NCBI GenBank assembly: GCA_965223325.1
Contig: CBDCWI010000002.1
Span: 416,001 to 480,000, forward strand
Direction of reading: 5' to 3'
DNA: 64,000 bases
Origin: Candidatus Multivoradales bacterium
GTDB taxonomy: Bacteria; Acidobacteriota; Thermoanaerobaculia; Multivoradales; Multivoraceae
In this document: positions 39,434 through 50,077 of the stretch, piece by piece
How the letters are laid out: each line of letters opens with the position of its first letter
How positions within the stretch are numbered: the stretch's first letter is position 1
The notes under the pieces: generated by a model
Seen by the model: the letters and a program-made list of their open reading frames with translations, nothing else
The model's database searches: none
Told to the model about the DNA's origin: nothing
Translations under genes and position numbers: made by a program

Positions 39434-41455
39434 TCACGCCGGTTGCAGGCGCGGCACGACAAGAACAAAGGCCAGGAACAAGAACGCGCCCAGAACATTC
39501 GCCCAGGACAACGAGATGACCCCCGCCAGCTCGAGATCGACCCCGGGAAACAGCAAGAGCGCAGCAGCAGCCAGCGCCACGAGGCGGGGAATCCACTCGA
39601 GGGAGCGCCCATAGAAGCCAGCAATCCCGACCGCGAGAGCGAAAATCCCGACCACCGCAATGGTCACCGCACCAACCACCGACAGCACCGAAACCGAACC
39701 GCCGTCCGGGCCCATGAGAAGTAGCTGCGGCCTGAAAACGAACAGGAACGGCAGCGTGAACCCCACCAGCGCGAACCGAAAAGCTGCCAGACCCGCTCGC
39801 ATGATGTCGGCCTCGGCAATCGACGCGGCGGCGTAGGCCGCCAGAGCCACCGGCGGCGTCACCATCGACATCATGCCGAAATAGAAGATGAACATGTGTG
39901 CCGCCAGCGGTGGCACCCCCAGGCTCCCGAGCACCGGCCCGATCAACGTCGCCATCAGGAGATAGCAAACCGCCGACGGCAACCCCATGCCGAGCACGAT
40001 CGAACAAGCCATGATGATCACCAGGGCGAGCATCAAACTGTCCTCCGCTAGCGGAAGGAGCATCGCCGGCAGCTTGTTGCCAATTCCAGTCAACGTCACC
40101 ACTCCGAGCACGATACCCACCGAAGACGCTGCCGCGACCAGGGGAACCGCCCCGCGGGCCGTCTTTAGAAGCGCGTCGATCACCTCGCGAGCACCAATGC
40201 GAGTGCGCGGCGAAACCAGCGACAGGAGCACGATGACGACGAGGGCGACCGTCACCGCGCGAAAGACCGTGTAGCGCATGATCAAGAGCGCGATCAGAAC
40301 ACCGAGAGCACCAAAGAACACAACCCCCGCCCAGGCCGCCGGCGGATCCGTTTCCATCGCGTCACCTTCGTCGGTCCCCTCCGCGGCCGCCACCCGGCGC
40401 GAAGTCAAGTGGACGATGAAGAACAGCGAAAGGTAGTACAAGATCGCGGGAATGAGCGCTGCTCGAACGATCTCGAGATAGGTCACTGCGGGTTCGATGA
40501 TCTCGAGCATCATGTAGGCCGCCGCACCCATCACCGGCGGAACCAGTGCACCACCTGAGCTCGCCGCCGCTTCGACTCCGGCTGCGACGTGACGCTTGAA
40601 GCCTCCAGAACGCATCAACGGAATGGTGAACGCGCCGGTGGTCGCCGTGTTGGCCACCGCACTTCCCGAAAGCGAACCCATCAACCCACTCGACAGCACC
40701 GAAACCTTCGCCGCCCCGCCCACCGAGTTGCGAAACAGGCGCCTTGCACCGTCGATCACGAAGCCGATGGCACCGGTGGCCTCGAGTAGCGCGCCGAACA
40801 ATACGAATAGAAAGACATAGGTGAACATCACCTTGAGCGCGATGCCGAAGACCCCCTGACTGTGAAGGAACGTCTGCGAGACGATCCGCTCCCAGTCATA
40901 GCCCCGATGGGGAAAGAGCCAGTCGGGAAAGTGAGAACCGAGACTGGCGTAGGCGAGGAAGGCGACGGCGAGAATAGGAAGCGCCAGGCCGACCGCGCGT
41001 CGAGTTGCCTCGAGCACCACCAGCACGCCCAGCGCCCCGACCAGGTAGTCGAGCTGCGTCTCAGCGCCCGCGCGCGCACCGAGGCTCTGCGCCCCTCCCC
41101 ACCAACGTTCGAACATGGGTTCGTTCGAAACCAGCACGTAACCACACACGAAGACCGAGACGACGACCAGCAACCAGTCGACGGCGGCGGCCGCGCGGGA
41201 AGCGCCCCAACGCTTCGACATCGGCATCGACAGAAAGCACTGAATGAGGCCAAGCATCGCGAACACGGCGAGCTGAGACTGCGGTCCCAGGTTCGGGTAG
41301 TTGACCTCAGCGAGAACGAAGGCGGCCAGCAGAATGGCGGCGACCACCAGGACGCCTCGCCGCAAGCCGCCCTCTGAGCCTGCAGGCGCACCCGTGCCGG
41401 GCGGCGCACTAGAAGGAGGTGCACTCGAAGAAGGTGTCTGAGACTTCGCCGTCAT
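39434..41455 (-). CDS. TRAP transporter fused 4TM/12TM permease (TAXI type)
   Basis: LEATRRAVG, GGAAKVSV.SSGLMGSLSGSAVAN, PPVMGAAAY, LGMGLP, VTPPVALA. Confidence 0.92.
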   Translation of the reverse strand: MTAKSQTPSSSAPPSSAPPGTGAPAGSEGGLRRGVLVVAAILLAAFVLAEVNYPNLGPQSQLAVFAMLGLIQCFLSMPMSKRWGASRAAAAVDWLLVVVSVFVCGYVLVSNEPMFERWWGGAQSLGARAGAETQLDYLVGALGVLVVLEATRRAVGLALPILAVAFLAYASLGSHFPDWLFPHRGYDWERIVSQTFLHSQGVFGIALKVMFTYVFLFVLFGALLEATGAIGFVIDGARRLFRNSVGGAAKVSVLSSGLMGSLSGSAVANTATTGAFTIPLMRSGGFKRHVAAGVEAAASSGGALVPPVMGAAAYMMLEIIEPAVTYLEIVRAALIPAILYYLSLFFIVHLTSRRVAAAEGTDEGDAMETDPPAAWAGVVFFGALGVLIALLIMRYTVFRAVTVALVVIVLLSLVSPRTRIGAREVIDALLKTARGAVPLVAAASSVGIVLGVVTLTGIGNKLPAMLLPLAEDSLMLALVIIMACSIVLGMGLPSAVCYLLMATLIGPVLGSLGVPPLAAHMFIFYFGMMSMVTPPVALAAYAAASIAEADIMRAGLAAFRFALVGFTLPFLFVFRPQLLLMGPDGGSVSVLSVVGAVTIAVVGIFALAVGIAGFYGRSLEWIPRLVALAAAALLLFPGVDLELAGVISLSWANVLGAFLFLAFVLVVPRLQPA

Positions 41456-41470
41456 CGGGGCGAGCGGGGT

Positions 41471-42577
41471 TCAGTTGGCGTCGGTCGTGGCCGGTTCGGT
41501 CGCGGCCAGGTCGTCCGTCGGCCAGATCCCGATCTCACGGTAGAAGCGCACCGCGCCAGGGTGAAACGTCGTCCCGGTGTCACGCACGACGTTCTTCTCC
41601 TGGATGGCGCGACCGGCAGGGTGCATCAGAGCGACCTCTTCTCGGTTCTCCCACAACGTCCGGGTCGCTTGATAGACCATCTCCTCGTCGGCGTCGGCGG
41701 AGGTGATCAGGTGCATCGCGCCCACGTTCAACCCTTCGTAGTCGGCCTCGAGGCCGCGATAGGTGCCCGCCGGAATCGTTGCCGGCGCAAAGAAGGGATA
41801 GCCTGCAATCAGGCTCTCGCGCGCCTGTTCATCGAACGGTACGTAGTGGAGATCGCGGGTTGCAGCTGCCTGAGTGATCGACGCCGTGGGTACAGCCCCA
41901 CCCAGGAAGGCCGCGGCAGCAGAACCGTCGGCCAGGTTATCGACGGCTCCTGCCTGGGTGTTGTAGATCGGCGTGAGGTCTTCGTAGGTAAGGCCGTGCG
42001 CACCGAGGATCGGGCGCAGGAAGTACTCGAAGCCAGCCCCAGCCGGGCCAAGCACCACCCGCTTGCCGCGCAGGTCCTCGACCGCTTGAACCGGGCCGCC
42101 AGCGGGAGCGACGAACAGCGCCACATTGGGCGCCAGGGTCATCACAGCGTTGACGTCGTACCGCTCTTCCCAGCCCTCGCTGCCGCGCACCGCAAAGTAG
42201 GAGATCCCGGCGTTCGACAACGCGAAGTCGAGCTCGCCCGAGGCGAGGCGACGGATGTTCTCTTGCGAGCCCTTGGTGGCTTCGGCCGTCACATCCCAGT
42301 TGTCGTGATGGTTGTCGAGAACCTGGGCCAGGGCGCCGCCAACGACGAAGAACGCTCCGCCGGTGGGCGCCGTTCCAAGGCTGAGAAAACGACGCTTCTC
42401 CTGGTCGCCAGAGGCCGATGAAGACGCAGGGTCGCTGTCGCCGCTTCCGCCGCACCCAGAGAACATGAGGGACAGACACAACAGTAGGCTGCCCCAGGCA
42501 GCCGTCCTGTTTCCTGGGAAGGAAACGGAGGCAGGTGAATCCCGGTGCTCGGCGGCACCGCGGTGGTTCTGGGACAT
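41471..42577 (-). CDS. TAXI family TRAP solute-binding lipoprotein
   Basis: Lipobox FSG-C; GTAPTGG, TKGSQEN, DLRGKRV..G, FHPGA.RFYRE; GGGAG RBS before ATG 42577. Confidence 0.92.
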   Translation of the reverse strand: MSQNHRGAAEHRDSPASVSFPGNRTAAWGSLLLCLSLMFSGCGGSGDSDPASSSASGDQEKRRFLSLGTAPTGGAFFVVGGALAQVLDNHHDNWDVTAEATKGSQENIRRLASGELDFALSNAGISYFAVRGSEGWEERYDVNAVMTLAPNVALFVAPAGGPVQAVEDLRGKRVVLGPAGAGFEYFLRPILGAHGLTYEDLTPIYNTQAGAVDNLADGSAAAAFLGGAVPTASITQAAATRDLHYVPFDEQARESLIAGYPFFAPATIPAGTYRGLEADYEGLNVGAMHLITSADADEEMVYQATRTLWENREEVALMHPAGRAIQEKNVVRDTGTTFHPGAVRFYREIGIWPTDDLAATEPATTDAN

Positions 42578-42718
42578 GTCTGTTCTCCCGAATCGCCCTC
42601 GAACAACGGCAGGACGAGTGGCTGGATGATGAAGGGCGGACTGTAACAGCCTCACCTCGGGAGCGCCTCCTCGGTCCCCCGGCAGCCTCCCAGCACCACG
42701 CCCGGGAGAGGGCACCAC

Positions 42719-45700
42719 TTACGGTACGTTCGAGCTCCAGGCCGAGAGCGCACCAGACTCGAAGTCATCGACGAAGAGACCGTCGCTTCTGTCGTCGAAA
42801 TGCGCGATGCAGTTGAGCTCGGTATCGACCTTGAGCAGCCCGTCGCTGCAGTCTTCCTCGCCGAAGAAACCGTTGAACTGTGACCCGAGAGTCGCCGCGG
42901 GCTCGAGAAGTACGACGGTGCCGAGCGGGAAGTCGCTCGAACACACACCCTCGGAGCAATCGACACCGGCCGGAATGCTGGTTATGCGCCCGCTTCCGAA
43001 CACTCGCAGCTCGACCGTCTCGGAACCCGTAGAAGGCTCGAAGCGCACCGAGCAGTCGACATTCGAGTCGACCCGTACCCGTCCATCGAGACAGTCCGAG
43101 GCCCCACCAAAGCCCCAGAACGCTGACCCAGGAGAGGCGATCGGTTCGAGACGCACTTCAGTGCCCGCGGGGAGCTCGGTCGTGCAGTGATCGACACAAT
43201 CGATGCCTACCGCGGTACTGGTGACCTTGCCGGCCCCGTCACCGCGAAACTCGATCGAAAGCATCGCCTCGCCACCTGGCTCGACTGCGAACGAGGCGGT
43301 GCAGGCGCGCGCGCTGCTCATCAGAACCGCCCCGTCGCTGCAATCGGCGTCGCCGGTCCAACCCTCGAACACCGACCCGGGATCCGGGGTGGCGACGAGG
43401 GTGACCACGGTGCCGTCGACGAATGCCTCGTCGCAGTCGCCGAGGCAGTCAATGCCCGCCGGACTCGACACCACCGAACCCCGACCCTGGCCGCTCAGCG
43501 TGACCGTGAGCTCGAACATGTCGGGCGGCAGCAGATCAAAGCGTGCGCTACAAGAGCGCGCCGAGCTCATCGTCACCTGGCCGTCGTTGCAGTCCGCATC
43601 GCCCTGCCAGCCCACGAAGGACGAACCCGCCGAAGCTGTCGCAGTGAGTGCGACGACGGTGCCAGCGCCGAGAGTCTCGCTGCAATCTCCGGGGCAGGAG
43701 ATCCCCGCCGGGATCGACGAAACGCTACCCGAGCCTGAACCCATGAGCGCGACCGTGAGGTCGTAGCTCGGCGACTCGAAGTTCGCCTGGCAGGACAGGC
43801 TCCTGGTCATGCTCACCGAGCCGTCGCCACAGTCGGTGTCGCCCGTCCAGGAGAGGAAGGTCCCCAGGGCTCCGTCGTGGGGCGTCAGCGTGACCACGGT
43901 GCCGTGGTCATAGGTCTCTTCACAGTCGGCGCCGCAGTTGACGCCGGACGGATCAGAGGTCACCGAGCCATCGCCCGAGATCGAGATGGAGAGGGTCTTC
44001 GGGGTGCGAATGAACGTCGCAGTGCAAGTGCGCGCCGCGTTCATCGTGACACTCCCATCGGAACAGTCGGCTGAACCGCTCCAGCCATCAAAACGCGACC
44101 CGGAGGCAGCCGTGGCGGTGAGAGCGACAACCGTGTCGTCGTCGAAACTCTCGGTGCAGTGCGCACCGCAGTTGATTCCCGACGGTTCTGAGGTCACGGT
44201 TCCGGTACCTGGGCCGGCACGCGTCACCGTCAAGAGAAACTGCGCAACGAGATCGAACGTAGCGCCGCAGCTTCGATCTCCGTTCATCGTCAGCGCACCG
44301 TCCGAACAGTCTCCGTCGCCGATCCAACCGGAGAACTCGGAGCCCGCGGCAGCCGTGGCCGTCAAGGTCACGACCGTACCCTCGGCGAAGTCCTCCGTAC
44401 AGTCGCCCGCACAGTCGATACCTGAGGGCTCGGAAGTGACCGCGCCCTGGCCAGCGCCGGTGACGGTCACGTCCAGCGCATGGATAATCGCCTCGAACAG
44501 GGCGTCACAAGTGCGCGACGCCGACAGAGTCACCGTACCGTCGCCGCAGTCGGGGTGACCACTCCAACCCACGAACGTAGACCCCGCGTCGGCTACGGCA
44601 TGGAGATCGATCTCTGCACCGGGTGAGAACTGAGCGTTACAGGTCGCGCCACAGTTGATTCCCGCGGGTGTCGAGGTCACGGTGCCGCTGCCGGTACCGC
44701 TTCGAGTCACGGTCAGGCTGAGGTCGTCGCTGATGCTCAAGCTGAGGTCGTACATCTGCACGTCGTCGGTGTCGTCGCCCCGAACGACCGCGAAGTAGGT
44801 CCCGGCGCCGCTGAGGAGAAGAACATCGCTCAGCGTCTCGCCAACGCCGGTGCCGTTGGCGTTGGCTGAATCGAGGACCGTCGAGCCGTCGGTGTCGAGG
44901 ATCTCGATCTCGAGATCATGCACATTGAGGGTGTCGAGGATCTCGCCGGCAGTGCAGCCGCCACTCTGCTGGGCTCCACTCAGATAGCTCCCGCCAACGG
45001 GAGTCACCGTGAGGGTCGCCTGCTTCCCTACCGGTACCGTGAAGCTCAGGAAGTCGAGGTCACTGTTGTCGTCGATGCTGAGACCGCTTTGGCTGAAACT
45101 GCTGATGGCGCCCAGCGGCTTCGACATCCCCGGCGTGTCGTTGTTCTGGTCGACGCCATGGGCTTCGAAGATGTCGCCGTAGCCGCGATTCATCGCCTGG
45201 ATGTCGTCATGCTGCGGACCATCGAAAGCGGAGGAGACAAAGGGCTCCATCAATTTGGTTTGATTGACCGGACAAACATGCGGAAGACCGAGGCCATGAC
45301 CATGCTCATGGGCGAGCACGTTGCGTAGGCCGAGCGACGAACCGTTGGTGTTGTTGTAGAAACTGTCTCCGGTATCGATGACCATGTCGCCGAAGTTCGG
45401 GAAGAAGTTGTACGCCAGGACACCGCTGTTGCCATCGATGTAGTGGCCCGAGATGCGCACGTCGCCACGCACGCCGGCTACTCCAACGGGTAGGGATGTC
45501 GAGGTCATTGCCGCGCCGTCGTCTGCCTCCTGATAGACGTAGGTGATTCCGATGAGATCGCCCCAACGGTCGAACACAGACTGAAGAATCGGCAGCCATA
45601 CCGACTTCGAACCGTAGATGCCGTTGAGAAACGCCTGGAGGTTGCTGTCCGCGGCTGGCTCACCGTTGTAGCCATGAACCGGCGTGCCATCGGGAACGAT

Positions 45701-46006
45701 GCTCCAGATCAAGGTCGTTGCAACACCCTGATCGAGACCGCCGCCGTCGGTGGCAGTTGTCGTCCAACGGCCATTGGCGTATTGGTCACGCGTAGCGGTC
45801 GAACCAGGTCCCTGCAGCGAGCTGGCGATGGCCTCCCACATCCGCCGTTCGGCGTGCCTGCGCACGGTTTCGGCGGGGGTTCCGGGCGCGAAGCAGACCC
45901 TGGGTGACGGGATGGTCTCTGGCGGCGGGAGTTCGGTGGCGCCAAGCGTCGCGGCGGGCAATACAAGAAGACAGCACGAGACGACGAACCTGACGAATCG
46001 GATCAT
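42719..46006 (-). CDS. Secreted matrixin (M10/metzincin) protease with 8 Cys-rich InlB-B/Flg_new-like repeats and C-terminal FVDDFESG tag
   Basis: HEHGHGLGLPH Zn motif, LAYNFFP, KLMEP Met-turn, PPC-like domain, 8 repeats G.VTS.P.GI.C...C...F.GW.G..DC; GGAG RBS before ATG 46006. Confidence 0.88.
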   Translation of the reverse strand: MIRFVRFVVSCCLLVLPAATLGATELPPPETIPSPRVCFAPGTPAETVRRHAERRMWEAIASSLQGPGSTATRDQYANGRWTTTATDGGGLDQGVATTLIWSIVPDGTPVHGYNGEPAADSNLQAFLNGIYGSKSVWLPILQSVFDRWGDLIGITYVYQEADDGAAMTSTSLPVGVAGVRGDVRISGHYIDGNSGVLAYNFFPNFGDMVIDTGDSFYNNTNGSSLGLRNVLAHEHGHGLGLPHVCPVNQTKLMEPFVSSAFDGPQHDDIQAMNRGYGDIFEAHGVDQNNDTPGMSKPLGAISSFSQSGLSIDDNSDLDFLSFTVPVGKQATLTVTPVGGSYLSGAQQSGGCTAGEILDTLNVHDLEIEILDTDGSTVLDSANANGTGVGETLSDVLLLSGAGTYFAVVRGDDTDDVQMYDLSLSISDDLSLTVTRSGTGSGTVTSTPAGINCGATCNAQFSPGAEIDLHAVADAGSTFVGWSGHPDCGDGTVTLSASRTCDALFEAIIHALDVTVTGAGQGAVTSEPSGIDCAGDCTEDFAEGTVVTLTATAAAGSEFSGWIGDGDCSDGALTMNGDRSCGATFDLVAQFLLTVTRAGPGTGTVTSEPSGINCGAHCTESFDDDTVVALTATAASGSRFDGWSGSADCSDGSVTMNAARTCTATFIRTPKTLSISISGDGSVTSDPSGVNCGADCEETYDHGTVVTLTPHDGALGTFLSWTGDTDCGDGSVSMTRSLSCQANFESPSYDLTVALMGSGSGSVSSIPAGISCPGDCSETLGAGTVVALTATASAGSSFVGWQGDADCNDGQVTMSSARSCSARFDLLPPDMFELTVTLSGQGRGSVVSSPAGIDCLGDCDEAFVDGTVVTLVATPDPGSVFEGWTGDADCSDGAVLMSSARACTASFAVEPGGEAMLSIEFRGDGAGKVTSTAVGIDCVDHCTTELPAGTEVRLEPIASPGSAFWGFGGASDCLDGRVRVDSNVDCSVRFEPSTGSETVELRVFGSGRITSIPAGVDCSEGVCSSDFPLGTVVLLEPAATLGSQFNGFFGEEDCSDGLLKVDTELNCIAHFDDRSDGLFVDDFESGALSAWSSNVP

Positions 46007-46096
46007 TGAGACACTCCGGAAAAGAAGAAAGGAAAAGAGGACACCGCGCAATGCACCGAGGGTTGCTCTTTGCGGCGCGATTCAACAATATATCCT

Positions 46097-46117
46097 AAAA
46101 CTTTTAAAAAAAGTTTT
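46097..46117. promoter_or_regulatory. AT-rich palindrome upstream of matrixin gene (candidate operator)
   Basis: AAAACTTTT-AAA-AAAAGTTTT in an AT-rich patch within a high-GC genome. Confidence 0.45.
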
Positions 46118-46237
46118 TCGAATATTTATCGCGGCAAGGATCGCCGACCCTCGGCCGAAAACAATCTCGGCGAGCGCCCTCGTGTGGCGCCTCCTGCACC
46201 CGGAGCTGCGTGCTCGATCTGCCTGGCTGACCGGCGC

Positions 46238-48652
46238 TTACGGTTGGACGCCGCTCCACTCGCTGGTGTTTCCGACCTCGAAACCGGTCTCGAAGAGCGA
46301 GAAATCGGCCGGCCCGAAGTAGGCCCCACAGTTGAGGTCTTCATCGACGATCACGCTGCCATCGGCACAATCGAGGTCACCGAAGAGAGCCTTGAGCTCC
46401 TGGCCGGGGGCAGGCTCGGCAAAGAACTCGACGAGCTCACCGGCGGGATAGTCGTGGGCGCAGGTTTCGGTGCAATCGAGGCCTACTGGGTCGCTGTGTA
46501 CGCGGCCCTCGCCATAGATCGCCATCTGCACACGGTGAGTGGGCGTCATCGTCAAATCAAAGCGTGCGACGCAGTCTCGATCGGCGTTGAGCGTTACCGT
46601 GCCGCTCGAACAGCCCGCGTCTCCCGAAAAACCCACGAACGTCGAGCCCGACTGAGGAAGCGGCACCAGGGTGTGCTGGGAGCCCTCGGCGAAGTTTCGG
46701 CCACAGGTCGAGGAGCACACGTCATTCGACGGCTCGATGCGAACCGCACCAGCTCCCGTGCCAGAGAAGGTCAGGAAGAGACGCGCGGTGCCCTCTTCTG
46801 CCGGACCAAAGGTGGCCGTGCACACGCGGGCGGCATTCATCGTCACCGAACCGTCCGAGCAGTCTGCACTGCCAGTCCAACCGTTGAACTGCTGTCCCGA
46901 CGCCGGAGATGACGAGAGGTCGACGACGGTGCCCTGGGCAAAGTTGGCGCTGCAGGTTGGCGGACAGGCAATGCCACTGGGTGAACTGAACACCGAACCA
47001 CTGCCAGACACGCTGACGGTGAGACTTTCTTGTGGCCCCGTGGCGGTGAACTCGGCGTCGCACACGATGTCAGTCGTCATGGTGACGTTGCCGTCGACGC
47101 AGTCTGGATGACCGGAGAACCCGGTGAAGGTCGAACCGCCAGAGGCGAGCGGCTGAAGGCCAACCGAGGTGCCCTCGCCGAATTCGCCGGTACAGGCACC
47201 ACCGCAATTGATACCCGACGGCGACGAAACCACGCTACCGCTACCGGTACCGCTCTTTTGCACCGTGAGATCGAACGTCGGCGCCTGCTCGATGGTCAAG
47301 CGCAGGTCGTAGAGCTGGGCCGCGGTCGTCGTGTCGCCGCGAACCACAGCGGTGTAGCGGCCAGCGCCGTTGGTGAGCAGAACATCCGAAACGGTCTCGC
47401 CACTACCAGGTGGGTTGAAGTCGGCGCTCGCAATGACAGTGAAACCGTTCTGGTCGAGGATCTCGATCGAGAGGTTGTGAACAGCGAGCGTGTCCAGGTT
47501 GGTGCCCGGCGTGCATGAACCGTCGGCGTTCTGAGGGCCGCTCAGGAAGGTCGAACCAAGGGGGGTAACGGTCAGAGTCGCCATCGCCCCGACCGACACG
47601 TCGAATGGGTGGTAGTCGACATCGGTGCGATCGTCAATGCTCAGGTTTGACCGGACGTGCAACGAGCCGGTGCCGAGCGTCGTACCGGTACCGGGCGTAT
47701 CGTTCTCTTCGACAACGTCACCGTAGGCGCGATTCATCGCCCTGATGTCGTCGTGCTGCGGCCCGTCGAACGAGAAGGAAACGAACGGTTCCATGAGCTT
47801 CGTCTGCTGTACGGGGCAAACGTGCGGCAGACCGAGTCCGTGCCCGTGTTCGTGAGAAAGCACGTTGCGCAGTCCGAGTGAGCTGCCGGCGCTGTTCTCG
47901 CTGTAGAAAACGTCGCCAGTGTCGATCACCATGTCACCCCCGGACGGGCCGGGGAAGAAGTTGTAGGCCAGGATGTTGCCGTTGCCGTCGATGAAGTGAC
48001 CACCGATGCGCACGTCCCCACGTGAACCAAGAACACCCGGAGGGAGCGAGTCTTCCTCCATCGGGGCACCATCGTCCGAGACGTAGACGTACGAGAGCCC
48101 GGTGAGCTCGGCCCAGCGGTCGAAAACACTTTCAAAGAGCGGCATCCAGACCTCTTGGCTACCGTAGATTCCGTCGAGAAAGGCGTGCAGGTTGCTATTC
48201 GACGTGGGCTCGTCGAGGTACCCGAAGATCGGGGTGCCGTCAGGCACGATGCTCCAGGTCAGAACCGTAGGGTCGCCCTGCCCGAGACCGCTCGGTGTGG
48301 TCGCAGTACCCGTCCAGCGATTGCCATCTTCGTAGCTATCTCGGCTGGGCGTCTGAGGCTGTAGTGACGTGAGAGCTCGCTTGAATGTGCGGCGCTGGGC
48401 ATGGTGCGCGACAACCTCGGGCGCGGTGCCCGGTGCGTAACAGGGCGTCGGGGGCCGTACCGGCGTCCTCGCGGCGCTCGTGGTTTCGGCGGCATCGACG
48501 GTCGATTCCTGAGCGCCGCCTTCCTCGGTCACCGGGACAGCCGAGGAAGTTGCCGGGGCGACGGTCGCTGCAAGCGGTCCGGCAACGCCGACGCAAGCGA
48601 CCGCAACGATGAGACGAAGGCGAAGATCGAGCGACCGGGCACATAGGAGCAT
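46238..48652 (-). CDS. Secreted matrixin protease paralog with 4 Cys-rich repeats and C-terminal FETGFE tag
   Basis: Same HEHGHGLGLPH/KLMEP motifs and near-identical blocks (WSIVPDGTP, DGPQHDDI) as neighbour; 4 repeats. Confidence 0.88.
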   Translation of the reverse strand: MLLCARSLDLRLRLIVAVACVGVAGPLAATVAPATSSAVPVTEEGGAQESTVDAAETTSAARTPVRPPTPCYAPGTAPEVVAHHAQRRTFKRALTSLQPQTPSRDSYEDGNRWTGTATTPSGLGQGDPTVLTWSIVPDGTPIFGYLDEPTSNSNLHAFLDGIYGSQEVWMPLFESVFDRWAELTGLSYVYVSDDGAPMEEDSLPPGVLGSRGDVRIGGHFIDGNGNILAYNFFPGPSGGDMVIDTGDVFYSENSAGSSLGLRNVLSHEHGHGLGLPHVCPVQQTKLMEPFVSFSFDGPQHDDIRAMNRAYGDVVEENDTPGTGTTLGTGSLHVRSNLSIDDRTDVDYHPFDVSVGAMATLTVTPLGSTFLSGPQNADGSCTPGTNLDTLAVHNLSIEILDQNGFTVIASADFNPPGSGETVSDVLLTNGAGRYTAVVRGDTTTAAQLYDLRLTIEQAPTFDLTVQKSGTGSGSVVSSPSGINCGGACTGEFGEGTSVGLQPLASGGSTFTGFSGHPDCVDGNVTMTTDIVCDAEFTATGPQESLTVSVSGSGSVFSSPSGIACPPTCSANFAQGTVVDLSSSPASGQQFNGWTGSADCSDGSVTMNAARVCTATFGPAEEGTARLFLTFSGTGAGAVRIEPSNDVCSSTCGRNFAEGSQHTLVPLPQSGSTFVGFSGDAGCSSGTVTLNADRDCVARFDLTMTPTHRVQMAIYGEGRVHSDPVGLDCTETCAHDYPAGELVEFFAEPAPGQELKALFGDLDCADGSVIVDEDLNCGAYFGPADFSLFETGFEVGNTSEWSGVQP

Positions 48653-48781
48653 AGGAGAGGCCTCCAGAAGATCAGAACAAGAACGGTGTCCGGGGACACC
48701 CGAGTCACTCCACCCCAGGCAGAATACTCGTCAATCTATGAATTGTATCTGATGAATACCTTCTGGGCTATATGCCCATCC

Positions 48782-50053
48782 TCAACCGTCCAGGCAGTAG
48801 AGGAAATCAGCCGTCCGCAGATAGAGGCGGCCGCCGGCGGCAGCCAGTGACGAGAGCGTGTAGCCCGTTGCGGTATTCGTCGCCAGGACCTCGAACTCAC
48901 GACCCGCTCTAAGCACCGTCGTGACGCCGTCTTCTGACGTCATGTACAAGCGCCCCTCGGCTAGCAACGGCGAGGCGCTGTAGGTACCTGGGGCGATGCG
49001 CTCGGGCCCCCAGATCGCCTCCCCATTGGTGGCCTCCCAGGCCGACACCAGCCCCCGGTCATCGAGAACGAAGAGGACCCCCTCAGCCACGACTGGTGTC
49101 GGGACGTCGGTGGCCTTCTCGAGCGCCCAGAGGACCTCCGGCTGGCCTTCGCGGGCCTCGAGCGCCAACAGCGGCTTGACCCGTGACGGTACGTAGAGAC
49201 GATTGCCCGCCACCACCGGCGAAGCGACGACGCGGTACATCGGGGCCTTGTCGGGGTTGAGCCCGCCGATACGCCACAGCTCTTTGCCTGTCTCCAGATC
49301 GTGGCCGGTGACGTAGTCGCCGCCGCTGATGACCAGATCTCGGCGGTCGTGATGGTTCCAGATCATCGGCGTGGTGTAGGCGTCAGGAGACTCTCGTACG
49401 GCGTCGGTGGGGCGCTCGACCTTCCACCTGGCCTCGCCACTAGCCCCGTCGATCGCCAACACGTACGAAGGGTCGTCGGTCTTCATGCCATGCAGCACGG
49501 GAACGTAGAGAGTCCCTTCGTCGAGAAGCGGTGAAGCGCCGTAGCCATGGTTGAGACCGAAGGCTCCGTAGTCGGCTTGCAGATCGCGCACCCAGACTTC
49601 CTCGAATATCTCGCTCGCGAGATCAAAGGCCGACAAGCGACCGGTGCCCGTCATCACCCACAGGGTCTTGCCGTCGGTCACTGGCGACGGTGAGGACATG
49701 TTGTGCTTCATGCGCTTGTAGTTGCCACTGCCGAGTGCATGTTTAGACAGCAGGCGACCACTCTGTTCGTCGAGAACCCAGAGCTCGAGATCGTCTTCGA
49801 GCGCCACGCTCAGGAAGATGCGCCCGCCCGTGATAATTGGCGTCGATCCGGAGACGCCGGCCATCGGAACCTTCCAGACCACATTCTGGGTCTCACCTTC
49901 GCCGTCGTTCCACTGCACGGGAAGACCCGTCTCGGTGGTGCTTCCATCGAGTGCCGGGCCGCGCCACTGCGGCCAGTCAGAAGCCACGAGGGGTGCACCC
50001 GCCAACCAACAAACGATCACCAATGGCCAACCACGCATTCTCTCTCCTCTCAT
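48782..50053 (-). CDS. PQQ-like beta-propeller protein, secreted
   Basis: Signal peptide, [34 protein letters not shown]. Confidence 0.86.
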   Translation of the reverse strand: MRGERMRGWPLVIVCWLAGAPLVASDWPQWRGPALDGSTTETGLPVQWNDGEGETQNVVWKVPMAGVSGSTPIITGGRIFLSVALEDDLELWVLDEQSGRLLSKHALGSGNYKRMKHNMSSPSPVTDGKTLWVMTGTGRLSAFDLASEIFEEVWVRDLQADYGAFGLNHGYGASPLLDEGTLYVPVLHGMKTDDPSYVLAIDGASGEARWKVERPTDAVRESPDAYTTPMIWNHHDRRDLVISGGDYVTGHDLETGKELWRIGGLNPDKAPMYRVVASPVVAGNRLYVPSRVKPLLALEAREGQPEVLWALEKATDVPTPVVAEGVLFVLDDRGLVSAWEATNGEAIWGPERIAPGTYSASPLLAEGRLYMTSEDGVTTVLRAGREFEVLATNTATGYTLSSLAAAGGRLYLRTADFLYCLDG

Positions 50054-50077
50054 TGCGAACAGTTTCTCGACCGGCCT

